Source: Leidyana gryllorum EB-2025a (Eukaryota > Protista > Apicomplexa). Taken from it: a stretch of 64,000 bases of DNA. Made by a program: the position numbers and the translations under genes. Positions 1 through 11,320 of the stretch are shown one piece after another. Numbering within the stretch: the first letter of the stretch is position 1; each line of letters starts with the position of its first letter. The notes under the pieces were generated by a model, which made no database searches, was not told the DNA's origin, and worked only from the letters and a program-made list of their open reading frames with translations. The stretch covers positions 321,217 to 385,216 of the forward strand of contig JBLWGC010000109.1 in the NCBI GenBank assembly GCA_048772705.1, written 5' to 3'.

Positions 1-715
1 TTCCAGTCAAGTAACGCAGAGGCTGCATTGGTAAGAAGGTTGGCAGCATCACGGGGTGACCCTTCAAACGCCGTTCGCTCCACTCGGCGACTTTCTCACG
101 GGTCCAATACGGAACAATGTGAACATAATTACGGGGCATATCGGAGCGCAAAGCAATGTGGTTGTACGGCAGCATGCGTGGCAGGCGATGTCTTGCCCGG
201 CGAGTGAGCTCGTGATTTACCAGCCGTATATCACCAGCTTGGACAATCAAAGTCTTCAGGCGAGGTGCTTTGACCCTTATCGCCCAGTCAATTGGGATGG
301 GCCCATTCCTTAGCTTATCCAAGGAACATTTGACAATGTTCAAATGTTCGAGATTTTCAGCAATGAGGACCCATCTGGTCAAAAAGTTGAAGCACAAAGT
401 GCATTCCCTCAAGCGCGGCAATTCACGGCCCTTCATTGCCGACATGATGGTGGGCATATTGTATATTGTACCTTCTTTTACCAGCCTTATGCGATAAGCA
501 TTAGGTAGCGTTCGCTTCAACCAGCCGGACCACCAGAACTGGGTACTGACAAGACTGTATACCTTGTCACATAATTCGATGACGTTGCCGGCTATGTGAC
601 TCTCCAGACTCTGGCGAAGTGTGCGCGATACCCTACCGAATCTTGATACTTCCGACAGTGGGACGAAGGATAGAATTTGGCTCCACAGCGCTGCTGTGGG
701 GAAAATGGGATTCAT
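1..715 (-). CDS. F-box/LRR-like array paralogue 0 (5' part; runs off the window edge, absent from ORF track)
   Basis: Manual translation from ATG 715: MNPIFPTAALWSQILSFVPLSEVSRFGRVSRTLRQSLE...FWWSGWLKRTLP, matching the N-termini of the other array members. Confidence 0.8.
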   Translation of the reverse strand, partial: MNPIFPTAALWSQILSFVPLSEVSRFGRVSRTLRQSLESHIAGNVIELCDKVYSLVSTQFWWSGWLKRTLPNAYRIRLVKEGTIYNMPTIMSAMKGRELPRLRECTLCFNFLTRWVLIAENLEHLNIVKCSLDKLRNGPIPIDWAIRVKAPRLKTLIVQAGDIRLVNHELTRRARHRLPRMLPYNHIALRSDMPRNYVHIVPYWTREKVAEWSERRLKGHPVMLPTFLPMQPLRYLTG

Positions 716-856
716 AAAAGCACATTTTTGTTCTCCTTCCGTCGGCAAACTGCCAGCCAGAAACGCAATAGTGCGTCCGACCAACCACGCACACGCCCAC
801 GCACACACACACACACACACGAAGACAGGATGTCAGTCGTTGCAAGGCTCACACCA

Positions 857-2718
857 CTATGCGGTAGCGCACCTTAGGAGACGACATATCTGTGCTTCAT
901 AGCGGTTTTTTACGAGGGGTACAGAGTAGTGCATGACTCCCCAAGCCAAAAGCTCCTCACGATCTGCTTGAGTCACAAGCTGGAGGTACCATGGCGAGGT
1001 ATGGGGGCAGATTCCGACTACAGTATTTCCAGCGTCGGCGAAGTACGGCAATTTGGTGCTGGGCAGGGCCTTCCGAAGACGGTTGTACCACAGACTGAAA
1101 AAGTCGATCTCAACGGGGCCCATATATGACAAAGAGTTCAGACACCACTGAATGTTCATTTTCTGGACAGAACGGCCTATTCCTCGAATGAATGGCATCA
1201 GTTTCTTCGCTCTTCGCTCCGAGATGAGTCGGCGGAACTCTGAGGGTGAGGCGTCGGCCAATCTGAGGACCCGGTTTAGATTTTCATCGGTGAAGTCGCC
1301 AACGAGCATTTCATGGACCGATTGTCTCAGTGGTACAGGAGGAATGAACATAGCGTAGGGATGTAGACGGAGCGTATAGCCGTGCATCGCCTTGAGGGTC
1401 CATAGATTCAAATAGGCAACCACAAGCTGACCCGAACAGCGAGGAATGACTTGGACATTGACGAATTGAATGTTGTATGTTCGTATCATGGGGAACCACG
1501 TCTGAAAACCCGCTTGCCACACAAAATCGGCAGTCAACGACACCAATGTCCCTTGAAGCCAAGTCGCGGGCTCACCCACAAGGTGAGCTGGGCCCTTCGC
1601 CTTTTGTGACTGTCGGATGGTGATGATAACACTTTTTGGCGGTTTATTTGGTCCTGCGCCCAACTCTGCGTGGATTTGGAAGGTCGGCAGGTCCACTCCA
1701 GCTTCATTCTCGAGAATATCCACTCGACTCGACCCCCATCTGTCAATGGCCTCGTCGGAATACGGAATCGGCACAATGATCGGCCACTCAGGGGCCCCAT
1801 GGCGGAAGTCAGTGCACTCGCGGAGAGCTTCCCACCTGTGCGTGGCAGGCTGATGATCGAAATCCAATGCTGGGGCCATTATATCCAGAATCTCGCGAGC
1901 AATTCTATTTGACATTCGGATCTGATACCAGGCCCGCGAGTGCTCATTCAGTGTTCTGGAGCGAAACAGAGCAGAATGTTCGAAAGAAGTTCCCAAGTCA
2001 ATGAATGAATCTCTTACCCCCTCGATTCGGGACTCTCCGGCTCGAGATCGAGGATTTGAGGCAACTCATATGGCCCCTCGAAACCCTCCTCACTCCAACC
2101 ATTGGGTTTGATATTCCGATCAGAAGGCAGATATACCCATGTGTGTGGAAGGTCGGACCGTATGGCTATGGGGAACCAGAGAGTCACGCTGCCAGCTTCA
2201 TGTTTCTTCTGGAAGTCGGCGACTAAGGGATGATCAATATGTTTCAATGTGGCCGGAAAAGCGATGAGAGTGTTCAGTTTAGGCGCATTTATTTTGAGAT
2301 ACTCTGTATTGGGTATATTCCGAAAACTTGATCTGGACAGATCCAATATCCGCAGGTTTGGGCACTCCAAGGTGTCTCCGACAACCCATTTCGTACACAC
2401 ACAGCACTCCTGCAGACTCGTCCACTCACCAGAAGCCAAATTGAGTGAGTCGTTAATCGCTCCCTCCTCCATCTGCTCCTCTAATATGACCAAACGACGT
2501 AGTTGAGGCTGCGATCTGAGCACCCATCCGTTCCACCATTTGAATTTTTCCAAAGCAATGCACGCCACAGTGGTCAGACAGATCTCAGTACCGTAAGTAT
2601 ACTCCCGAACTGCTCTCTGAAACACCTTTGAGACACGCGTAAACCGGTAAAGTTCCCTGGGCGGGATAAACGATAACACCTGACCCCAAAGGAGGGCTGA
2701 AAAAACAGCAGTCTCCAT
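857..2718 (-). CDS. F-box/LRR-like + unrecognised C-terminal domain, paralogue 1 (2 exons; intron 1956-2017)
   Basis: LWGQVLSFIPPRELYRFTRVSKVF F-box-like motif. A phase-2 GTAAGA...CTCCAG intron joins ORF 2014-2811 in frame to ORF 857-1996 (EMLVGDFT, WYNRLRKALP, TSPWYLQL, LAWG). Confidence 0.8.
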
Positions 2719-2756
2719 GGAACCAATCGGCTCGTACAGCAAAAGAATTTGCGAGG

Positions 2757-2759
2757 ACT

Positions 2760-2790
<31 letters not shown>
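2757..2790. repeat. (ACTG)n tetranucleotide microsatellite
   Basis: Directly visible repeat run. Confidence 0.9.
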
Positions 2791-2862
2791 GCATCCTTTT
2801 TCAACTTTCATCCCTTTGGTTGCTGCATCGCAGCTCTAATTTGAGCCAGATCGGGGGTCCTG

Positions 2863-2925
2863 GTGTGTGTGTGTGTGTGTGTATATATGTGTATGTATGT
2901 GTGTGTATATGTGTGTGTATGTGTG

Positions 2926-2958
<33 letters not shown>
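2863..2958. repeat. Compound (GT)n/(TA)n microsatellite
   Basis: Directly visible repeat run. Confidence 0.95.
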
Positions 2959-3031
2959 AGATATACCGGGCGCAGCCCCGTCTCAGATCATATTGCTCTG
3001 CTGCAACCCATTCCTCAGATGCTGACTATGG

Positions 3032-5013
3032 CTACAAAGTCGGGTGGGCACCAGAGGGCCCTATGTTATCCCACAATAGCTGATTCGCATCTTCTCTAAA
3101 CAACATTTCCTCTATTTGCGATGTGTAACGAGTGGGAACGAGCGGAATGTCCCAGCATTGTGTTCCCCACGCCCGCAGTTCCTCGAAGCTCCCACTGGTC
3201 AACCTCTCCAGGTACCAGGGAGACGTCACTGGACATACTCCAACACATATAGCCTCTGTGTATCGCCGGTCGCGTAGACACGGCAGTCGACAGGGGGGCA
3301 GGGCGGTGCGCAGATATTGATACCATTGACAAAACTTATTCATCTGACGGAGAGTTAAATTGTTTACACCGTCGAACTTCGCCGGGTACGTTGGCAGGTC
3401 CAGCAACGCGGACCTTAGAAGTTTCATGCGCTTCTCATGTTTGACCCGCGAGAAACACTTTTCAACCGCGGCCAAGGGCACTTGGAGATAGTTTGTCAAC
3501 AAGCGTAGGGTGTCCGGTGTGTAACGTCCTGTTAGCAATTCGAACGCGCAACGACTCCAGGGATAGGGGTAATAGGTGACGGAAAGAACATACAGAACCA
3601 CAGTGTGGTCAAATCGGCGCCACAGGGTGTACATATACAAATACAGAGCCCAAAGTAGTGTCGGAGTGCGAGGCAAAAGGGCGAATTCAAGGTATCGCAC
3701 CTTGAACTTCTTGATGACTTTGAACCAAGAATTTAGAAAAGACTCTTGCAGACTGAGCATACACATGGTCACGATACAGTCCTCTCTCCACCACACTGGC
3801 AGCTCAATGGCGTTATGTGAGCTGGAATACTCCAGATCTATTCGAACAACTTTAATTATATTGCCGATCTCCGCCTCTGTCCAATGCTCAAGATCAACAG
3901 GCAGTCGGCCATTGTCTCCGACGCCCTCGCGCAATCTCCACAAATAACAGCTCTGCTCCTTAGTGTCGCTTCCTTTGAGAACATCTTCGCCGCTGTACGG
4001 CGTGGGCATCACGTCAAGCCACTCCGGGAGACCAACGAAGTTCCTGCAGCTTACTGTGGCTGCCCAGGCGGACGACACGCCGTAAACTTGGTCGTATTCG
4101 GGCTCGTGAATTCGGACGGCATGCAATACATCCCGCGCGACTTGATTATCTTGCGCTATTCTCCACCAAATTCTCACCAGATCGAGCTGGCTAGAGAAAT
4201 GTCTGCGTGACCGCGTGGCATCAAAAGGCTAGAACACGTGTTTGGGTGTGTGTGTCTTCAGGGAGACACGGATAACCACATTCTCATCAGGTGGCAGATG
4301 TTAACTCACTCAAAGTCGAGAGGTGCTGCTACCAATGGGAGCCTCAAGGGTAACTGATGCCTAGTTGTGCGTAAAGAAGGAGTGTTCGCTCGTGAAAGAA
4401 GCCAGTGATCAGCTTCCTGCGCTGAAGGAGTAGTGTTGTACAAGACAATGTAAGATGGGTCTGGCATGTCTGATCGCAGGGCAATTCGGTGCCACTCCCC
4501 CTCTACAGCGACTAGCCGGCGCGGGGTGATGAGGGGATGACTCAAGTGCTTCGCCGCCTTCGGTTCCAGTATGCAAGTAGTCAACAAAGGGGCATCAAGG
4601 TGGATGGTGGGGCCACGCTCCCAGCGAGACCAGTCCAGGTGCTTCAACTTGGGGAACTCAATGTCCAATGAATTAACTCCGAAAGCAGGGAGGCATTCCA
4701 AGCCACAGCTTTCCAGTTCCGCCATTCCTGATTCTTTCAGCAGTCTGACGGCGCAGCTACTGACATCGCACTTCATCCTCAGACATCGAACGAACGGAAG
4801 CGACCTCTTCAACCATCCATCGAACCACTCAGCATTCAAGAAAGGAACACTCCGTTGATCGATGAAATCGATCACCGTGGAAGTCACGAAGAGGCGTGCT
4901 GCCTCTCGCGCGCTCTTACAGCACCGACTGGCATACGCCAAGTCCTCAAATGGTACAAATGACAAGATTTGGCTCCACCTCGCCGCTGTCAAGAGTTTCT
5001 CAGGCTTCTTCAT
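3032..5013 (-). CDS. F-box/LRR-like + unrecognised C-terminal domain, paralogue 2 (intron 4203-4309)
   Basis: WSQILSFVPFEDLAYASRCCK motif. A phase-2 GTGAGT...CGCAG intron gives DFE-HFSSQLDLVRIWW. C-domain has ELLTGRYT, CPVTSPWYL and LRAWG. Confidence 0.8.
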
Positions 5014-5327
5014 CAATCTGCGCTTTCCCTATCCCCATGAAAGTGTGTGCGGGATTGCAGAGTCGCTTTTGGGCTCCAGATTCCCCTCGCAGCTACGATT
5101 CGACGACACGCGTCACTCAGCCATCACCAGATTTGCCCCACTGCCATCACGAGGCGATCTGCTTTGAAACGATCGGCCGTTTACGCTCTGGGGTGGTTGT
5201 ATACTGGGGATGGATAGCCCGTCGGCCTCAATCAGCATTCCAAAAGCGGGACGCCTCGCTGTCTATCGAATCCCCTCAGGCCGCTGCCTTCTCAACCCTC
5301 TCCTTCCCTCGGAGACGATGCATTGTT

Positions 5328-7757
5328 TCACGTGTCGTCACTCCATGAACAGTCGGAGCTCTCACCGCCACTCGACATGTCCTCGGTGCACCCACCGCTA
5401 TCACTGCTGCCGTCCAGGCCGAACCAGCTGTTGCCCTCCTCACTGCTATCAGCTGTACCCGAATCAGTGAGTTGGTCGCTCCGGCTATCGCTGTCGCTGG
5501 TCTCGTCACTGTCACCTGCGCGGTAGTGAGCACTTCGCTCCTCGTCACTACCCTCACTAAAGTCTTCCCAACTATCGACACTCGTCTTCTCGCTGGCCTC
5601 AGCACTGTCACCGCCGCTACAGATACTGTCGACTTCGAGGTCGTAAACGCTCCGCTCCTCGCCACTACTCTCACTCACGACTTCCCAACTATAGACACTC
5701 CCCTTCTCGCTGCTACCGATACTGTCGACGTGATAGCTGTACAGGCTTTCCCCTTCACTCCCGCTCTGAACTTCGCTATCTTCCACACTGCCGTCATCGC
5801 TGCCCAACAGATAAGTGTAGTCACTTCCATAGCTTCCATCATTGTCGCTACGGAGCGCACTGACCGTTGTGGCGGGTCCATAATTACTGCCGCTGCCGTA
5901 GAAGCTGTCATCCTCTTCCTCACTGTCGATGTCACTGTCGTAATGAAAGCCAGGGGTTGTGAGCTTAGATAGTCGCTCGTCCGTCCAGGTGCCATCTAAC
6001 AATACATTAGAGAGGGTATAGGGCTCAGTTAAGGCAGTAAGAGGGATTTCGACGGTATGAAGGCCCCAATCGCGCAGCGATTGTACCTCCCCTGTGGCAA
6101 ACTGCTCCAGATACCACCGATCTGTGGCAAAACTTGGACCGATCTCAAATGCACTGCAGCATGGCAATCGGAGTGGGGGAAGGTCCGCTCGGAGTCGCTG
6201 GTACCACGCCGAAAAGCTCAGCAATTGATTGAGACCCAAGTGTCGTATGGCCAAAGGTTCCGCCGGGTGGTCTAGGTGTTTATCCCACACAACTCCTTGG
6301 ATCACGACAGAGTCTACCTCTTTTCCGACCAGGCAGACATCCATCTGATCTTCACTGGCTTGGACGTACTTGAGCGCAGCTTCGAGCGTCGCTATATGGT
6401 ATCTGCCGGTGAGCAATTCATACAAACATTCGCGGAAGGGGTCCGGGACATACGAGACACCGTGTGTGTACAATCGAACACAGTGTTTGTGCTTTCGGAA
6501 GAGGATCCAGAGGTGGAGATATGCGTTCAGAATGGCAGCTTTACTGGCTCCACAGATGTCAACCTCAATGACTTGCACATTGAAATGGAGAATCGGAGGA
6601 AAGTAGTCTTGGAAAGATGCTTCAAAGATCGCCTTTGTGGACATGGTCACAATGCGACCTCCAATCCAGTTGGGGAGACCTCGAGCCCTTCGTCCGATCC
6701 AAGGATTTGTGCCAGAGATGGAAATGTTGATCACTCCTCGTCGGGAAACGAAATCGGTACTCGTTGGCATGAAAGAAGCAGTTCCGCCCTCCCATCTTTG
6801 CACTTCTTTCGGGTAATGGTACCCAGATTTAGGAGTCCAGCGATAGTACAGGGGATACTCAGTCGGAGGGTGGTAGGGTGTGGGCAGAACAGACAGGAAA
6901 GTGGGGATTCGAAGATCTCGCAGGTCGGTACAACTAGTCAGAGAATTCCAGCTGGAAGTGGGACCCATGACAGCCAAGCTGTCGGGGACTTCTACAATAC
7001 GAAGGATCTCGTGAACGACCTGTTGCCCCTTCACCATGTCCCACCACCGCTTTAGCAAGGAGAGCCGAATCGGGGTGATTCGCAGGGGCAAAGTAGGGAC
7101 TGATCCTTTGTCCCAATTCGCCATCCTGGTAAGTAGTCTTGACGTCATGCTGTCCTGCAAGATGACACATCGCAAATCTGACCCTTGCACGTGAACAGCA
7201 ACACGATCCTGAGACATCACTTCGTCCTTCAGCCTCCATCTCTGCCGGAATCGCGAGCAAAGTGGATGATCGATCCTTTCGCTGTGTTCCGGTTCCATGA
7301 TGAGCGTTGAGAGCTTGGGAGCTACAAGTTTGAGCTTCTTGCTGGGGCTCAAACTGGAGCGTGAGATGTCCAATCTGACGAGTTTGGGCCAATGTACTTC
7401 CATGTTATCGGACAGGACGTCTTCGCAGACGATATCCAAGATGCACTCTCTGAGCTCAGGAGCCCCATACTCAAGCAAAGCCTTCCAGCAGTCTTTCAGA
7501 GGTATTTGACGGAAGGAATTTACGAATCTAAGCCGTCGTGCAGATCGAAGGGAACGGCGGAACCATTCTTTCCACCAGAGAGCGTCGTCGTGAACAATGG
7601 GGCTGTGAGAGTCCAAATCAATGTCGGTGGAATACACATGGTTGAGGACTGCGCCTCGCGCTTCCCTCGACAGACTGGTCAGCCGTCGCAGCTCTTTCAG
7701 GGGTACGAATGACAGTATTTGAGCCCAAATGGGGGCCCCAAACCTGGAGACTATCAT
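5328..7757 (-). CDS. F-box/LRR-like + unrecognised C-terminal domain + acidic Ser/Asp/Glu tail, paralogue 3 (intronless, 809 aa)
   Basis: One ORF contains both modules (IWAQILSFVPLKELRRLTSLS ... ELLTGRYH ... WYQRLRADLP ... LRDWG), supporting that the paired ORFs elsewhere are single genes. Confidence 0.85.
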   Translation of the reverse strand: MIVSRFGAPIWAQILSFVPLKELRRLTSLSREARGAVLNHVYSTDIDLDSHSPIVHDDALWWKEWFRRSLRSARRLRFVNSFRQIPLKDCWKALLEYGAPELRECILDIVCEDVLSDNMEVHWPKLVRLDISRSSLSPSKKLKLVAPKLSTLIMEPEHSERIDHPLCSRFRQRWRLKDEVMSQDRVAVHVQGSDLRCVILQDSMTSRLLTRMANWDKGSVPTLPLRITPIRLSLLKRWWDMVKGQQVVHEILRIVEVPDSLAVMGPTSSWNSLTSCTDLRDLRIPTFLSVLPTPYHPPTEYPLYYRWTPKSGYHYPKEVQRWEGGTASFMPTSTDFVSRRGVINISISGTNPWIGRRARGLPNWIGGRIVTMSTKAIFEASFQDYFPPILHFNVQVIEVDICGASKAAILNAYLHLWILFRKHKHCVRLYTHGVSYVPDPFRECLYELLTGRYHIATLEAALKYVQASEDQMDVCLVGKEVDSVVIQGVVWDKHLDHPAEPLAIRHLGLNQLLSFSAWYQRLRADLPPLRLPCCSAFEIGPSFATDRWYLEQFATGEVQSLRDWGLHTVEIPLTALTEPYTLSNVLLDGTWTDERLSKLTTPGFHYDSDIDSEEEDDSFYGSGSNYGPATTVSALRSDNDGSYGSDYTYLLGSDDGSVEDSEVQSGSEGESLYSYHVDSIGSSEKGSVYSWEVVSESSGEERSVYDLEVDSICSGGDSAEASEKTSVDSWEDFSEGSDEERSAHYRAGDSDETSDSDSRSDQLTDSGTADSSEEGNSWFGLDGSSDSGGCTEDMSSGGESSDCSWSDDT

Positions 7758-7811
7758 TGGCTATCGGTAGATCCTTAGTTTTTGACTACTCAATTCAGTT
7801 TTGACCAGATT

Positions 7812-9838
7812 CTACCAGAATTCTGGCTCGAGAACGTCAGGTTCCCGGTGAGGCCGTCCTCCTATGACCTGCCACAATAGCTGATTCGCATCTTCTCTGA
7901 ACAACATCTTGTTTATTTGCGATGTGTAATCAGTGGGAGTAAGCGGAATCTCCCAGTAATGCGCTCCCCACGCCCGCAGTTCCTCGAATCTCCCACTGGT
8001 CAACCTCTCCAGGTACCAGGGAGACGTCACTGGACATATTCCCACCCATAAATTATCTGTGTATCGCTGGTCGCGTAAACACGGCAGTCGACAGGGGGGC
8101 AGGGCGCTGCGCAGATATTGATACCATTGACAATACTTTTTCAGCTGCCGGGGAGTCAAATTAGGACAACGCGCGATATACATCGGATACTTCGCCTTTT
8201 CCAGCAACATAGAGTTCAACCGGTCCATTCGCTCTTTCCGCTTGATAGTTAGAGACATACAATCCTCCATGTCTTGCAAAGGAATTCGAACATGTTCCGT
8301 CAGGAGGCGTAGAGTGTCCCGTGTGTAACGTCCTGTTAGCAGTTCGAACGCGCAGTGACTCCAAGGATAGGGGTAATACGTTACAGACAGAACGTACACA
8401 AGTACAGTGTGGTCGTACTTGTGCCACAGGGTGTACAAATAGACATACAGTGCCAAAAGAACTCGCGGATCGCAAGGCAAAGTGCCGGATTCAATGTATC
8501 GCACCTTGAACTTTCTGATGACCTTGAACCAATTGTGGAGTGCAGCCTGTCGCAGATTTTCAATACACACGGTCACGATACAGTCCTCCTTCCACCAGAT
8601 CGGAAGATCAATTACGACTTCCGGAGTTGTGAATCGCAGATCGAGCCTTACGACTCGGAGTGAGCTGACCAGATCTTCCTCGGTCCAATCATCAATGTCA
8701 ACAGGAAGTTTCATTTCATTGTCACCAACACCCTCGCTCAGCTTCCACACATAAGATCCTCTTCCCACCTTACTATCCTCACCGGGGACACCCTCGCCAG
8801 TGTAAGGTGTGGGCATAACATCGAGCCATTCCGGGAGGTCTCGGAAATCTGTGCTACTCGCCAAGGCCCACCAAGGTTCTGAACATGCCAGGACTTCGTC
8901 GTCCTCGCTACCATGGAGTTGGACGGTGTCTAACACCTCCCTGGCAATTTTAATGTCTTGAGCGACCCTCCACCAGACTTTTACCAAGTCTATTTTATCG
9001 GAGAAATCTCTGCACCGAAAAAAGTCATTAGATTGTCAGAAGCCCGTGTTTGCAAGTGTGTGGTATCCGGGAGACACAGACGACGATGGGTTGACCCACC
9101 GCACAGTCATTTTCATACCAAATATCCAGTTGATAGGATGACTTACTCGTAATCGCGGGCATAGTCAGTCAGTTGCAGCCTCATGGGTAGTTCTACCCTC
9201 GTCAGTTGGGTGCCCTCAGGGGGTTCGAACAGCCATCTATTAAGTTCAATACGTGAGGGGGTAGCTTTAAGCAGCACAATGTAGCTTGGATCTGGCATGT
9301 CAGCCCGGATAGCAACCCGGTCCCACTCCTCCGGTACCGTTGCTAAGCGGCCCCTCGTGATGAGAGGATGTTTCAAATGTGGTACAGCACGAGGTTCTAA
9401 TATACATGTTCTCAGATTTGGGGCATGGAGGGTAATATTTTGACCCGCGAAGCCCCGGGACCAATCCAGATGTTCCAATTTCGGACATCGTAAAAAGGCT
9501 GTCTCCTCAGTGAAGTGGGGAAGGAAAGTCATAGTACAAGTCCGCAATTCAGCCCCTTGTAAGAGCTTTGGTCCCCAGCCTTTGTAATCGTGATCCATCC
9601 TCAAAACCCGCGCGATCGGGATCGATCTCTTTAGCCATCCCCTGAACCACTCAGCGTCTTCGAACAGGACGGTCTGTTTGTCCACAAAGTCGATCAGGGT
9701 GGAGGCCACAAAGGACCGGGCAGCATCTTTCGTGCTTCTACAACATAGTCTAGCAACCGCCAAGTCTTCAAATGGTAAGAACGACAGGATTTGGCTCCAT
9801 ACAGCGGCTGTCCGCACACTATCGGCCGCTCTGTCCAT
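7812..9838 (-). CDS. F-box/LRR-like + unrecognised C-terminal domain, paralogue 4 (intron 9010-9146)
   Basis: VWSQILSFLPFEDLAVARLCCR motif. A phase-2 GTAAGT...GTGCAG intron gives DYE-DFSDKIDLVKVWW. Close sister of paralogue 2. Confidence 0.8.
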
Positions 9839-11320
9839 GAGTCCGACTCTCTCACATGCACTCTGCGCGGACTTGCTTTATCTTGTGTATTGTCAAATGA
9901 CCACCGCTAAACGGTTGTCTCCATATCCTGTTGGGGTCCAGTCTCCAAAAAGCCCAATACCGACATTTGACCGATTTCTATCATCTCTAAGGTGCTCTTC
10001 AGCTGTCCCTCCCTTCTAATCTTCTTTACCTGACGCTACGGTGGGATCCTCTCGCAAAGCAGTAACCTACTTGACTGTTCGCTTACGTAGAAGCTGTCAA
10101 GCCGAAGACAAAGAGGCAAAGAACAGAGATGTCGGCTCGCTCGTCTTTGGCTAATTGGGGGCCAACCACTATTCCGCCCGCAACTCGCAACTGATGGAGG
10201 CTATCAGAGGGCTCTGTGCAGAAAGCGCGCCAAGCATCCACCTTGAACACGAGATCTCCACTGTCCGCCAAAAGTAGTCTCCTCAATGATCCTTAATCTC
10301 GAATACCACTCACCTGTCCAATAACAGCATCGGGTGTTTCGATGATCAGACTCGTCCGAAGCAGTTTCTTCCGCTTTTCAGTATCGCAGGCTCGCAGACT
10401 GAAGTAATAGTGGCTTGTGGTCCGCCTCAAATACGAGCTGCAGAATACAATCGTCTGCGGCTAGAGGTAATTCAATTGACTCATCGGATCTCACGCTCCA
10501 TTCGGTTCGTTTCCACCCAATCCGTCCGCCACCATGTCTACTCATCATAGGAACTGTTCCAGCTGCGGGGATGTGGCTCTGCGCATGGTAGTACAGAATG
10601 AATCCGCCAGAGCAGCGGCGGTCAACACACAAACGACGGGACAGACAGAGAAGGATCAACAAAAGACACAATAGTTCACTCCAACAAAGCGCATTGCCTC
10701 ATGACACGGATGGCGTGAGGACGGGATTCACATTTGGGTCGTGCTGGGGGACTGTGTCGCCACAAAGGTCATCTCTGGCTGAAATGTCTGTGATGGGAGT
10801 CGGAGGAGAGGGAAGACACGAATTCGGGCGGATCAGCGATAGATGACACCCACATTTTATGAGTGCGCAATGACGAGTGAGATCCACAGGGTCCAGACAG
10901 ATAGGGACACGTGTGCGTGTGTGCTTCCCGTGTCTCCGTGTGCGGTGCGAGAGTCAAGGTGTCTGTCATGAGTAACAATGGTTGCCGATGGGCGTAAAGG
11001 TATAAGGCACAATGCGAACTGGGAGTAAGTGGTTCTTGGGTCTTTGAGAATTTGAACGGCTTAGTCTTTAGATTACGTCAATAGGAGTGGACGAAAGTAC
11101 ATATAGGAATAGACATGCAATATCATAAGCGCATCCCTGAGTGATATAGATGATACGTGATTTCTAACTATCTAATAATGATGAGTTCCCGATTGCCAGC
11201 GGTGATAACGCCGCGCCAGATGACACGTACAAGCCGACTTTTCGGCTAGCTGCAAGCGTTGATGAGCAGTGGGCTTGAAGTGGCTTGGAACATATACTTT
11301 CCCAAAAGGATACGACAGCT

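Noticed and set aside
9900-11300. Gap in the F-box array with minus-strand splice-donor-like sites
   Set aside because: May hold a small spliced gene, but I could not build a consistent model or see family motifs.
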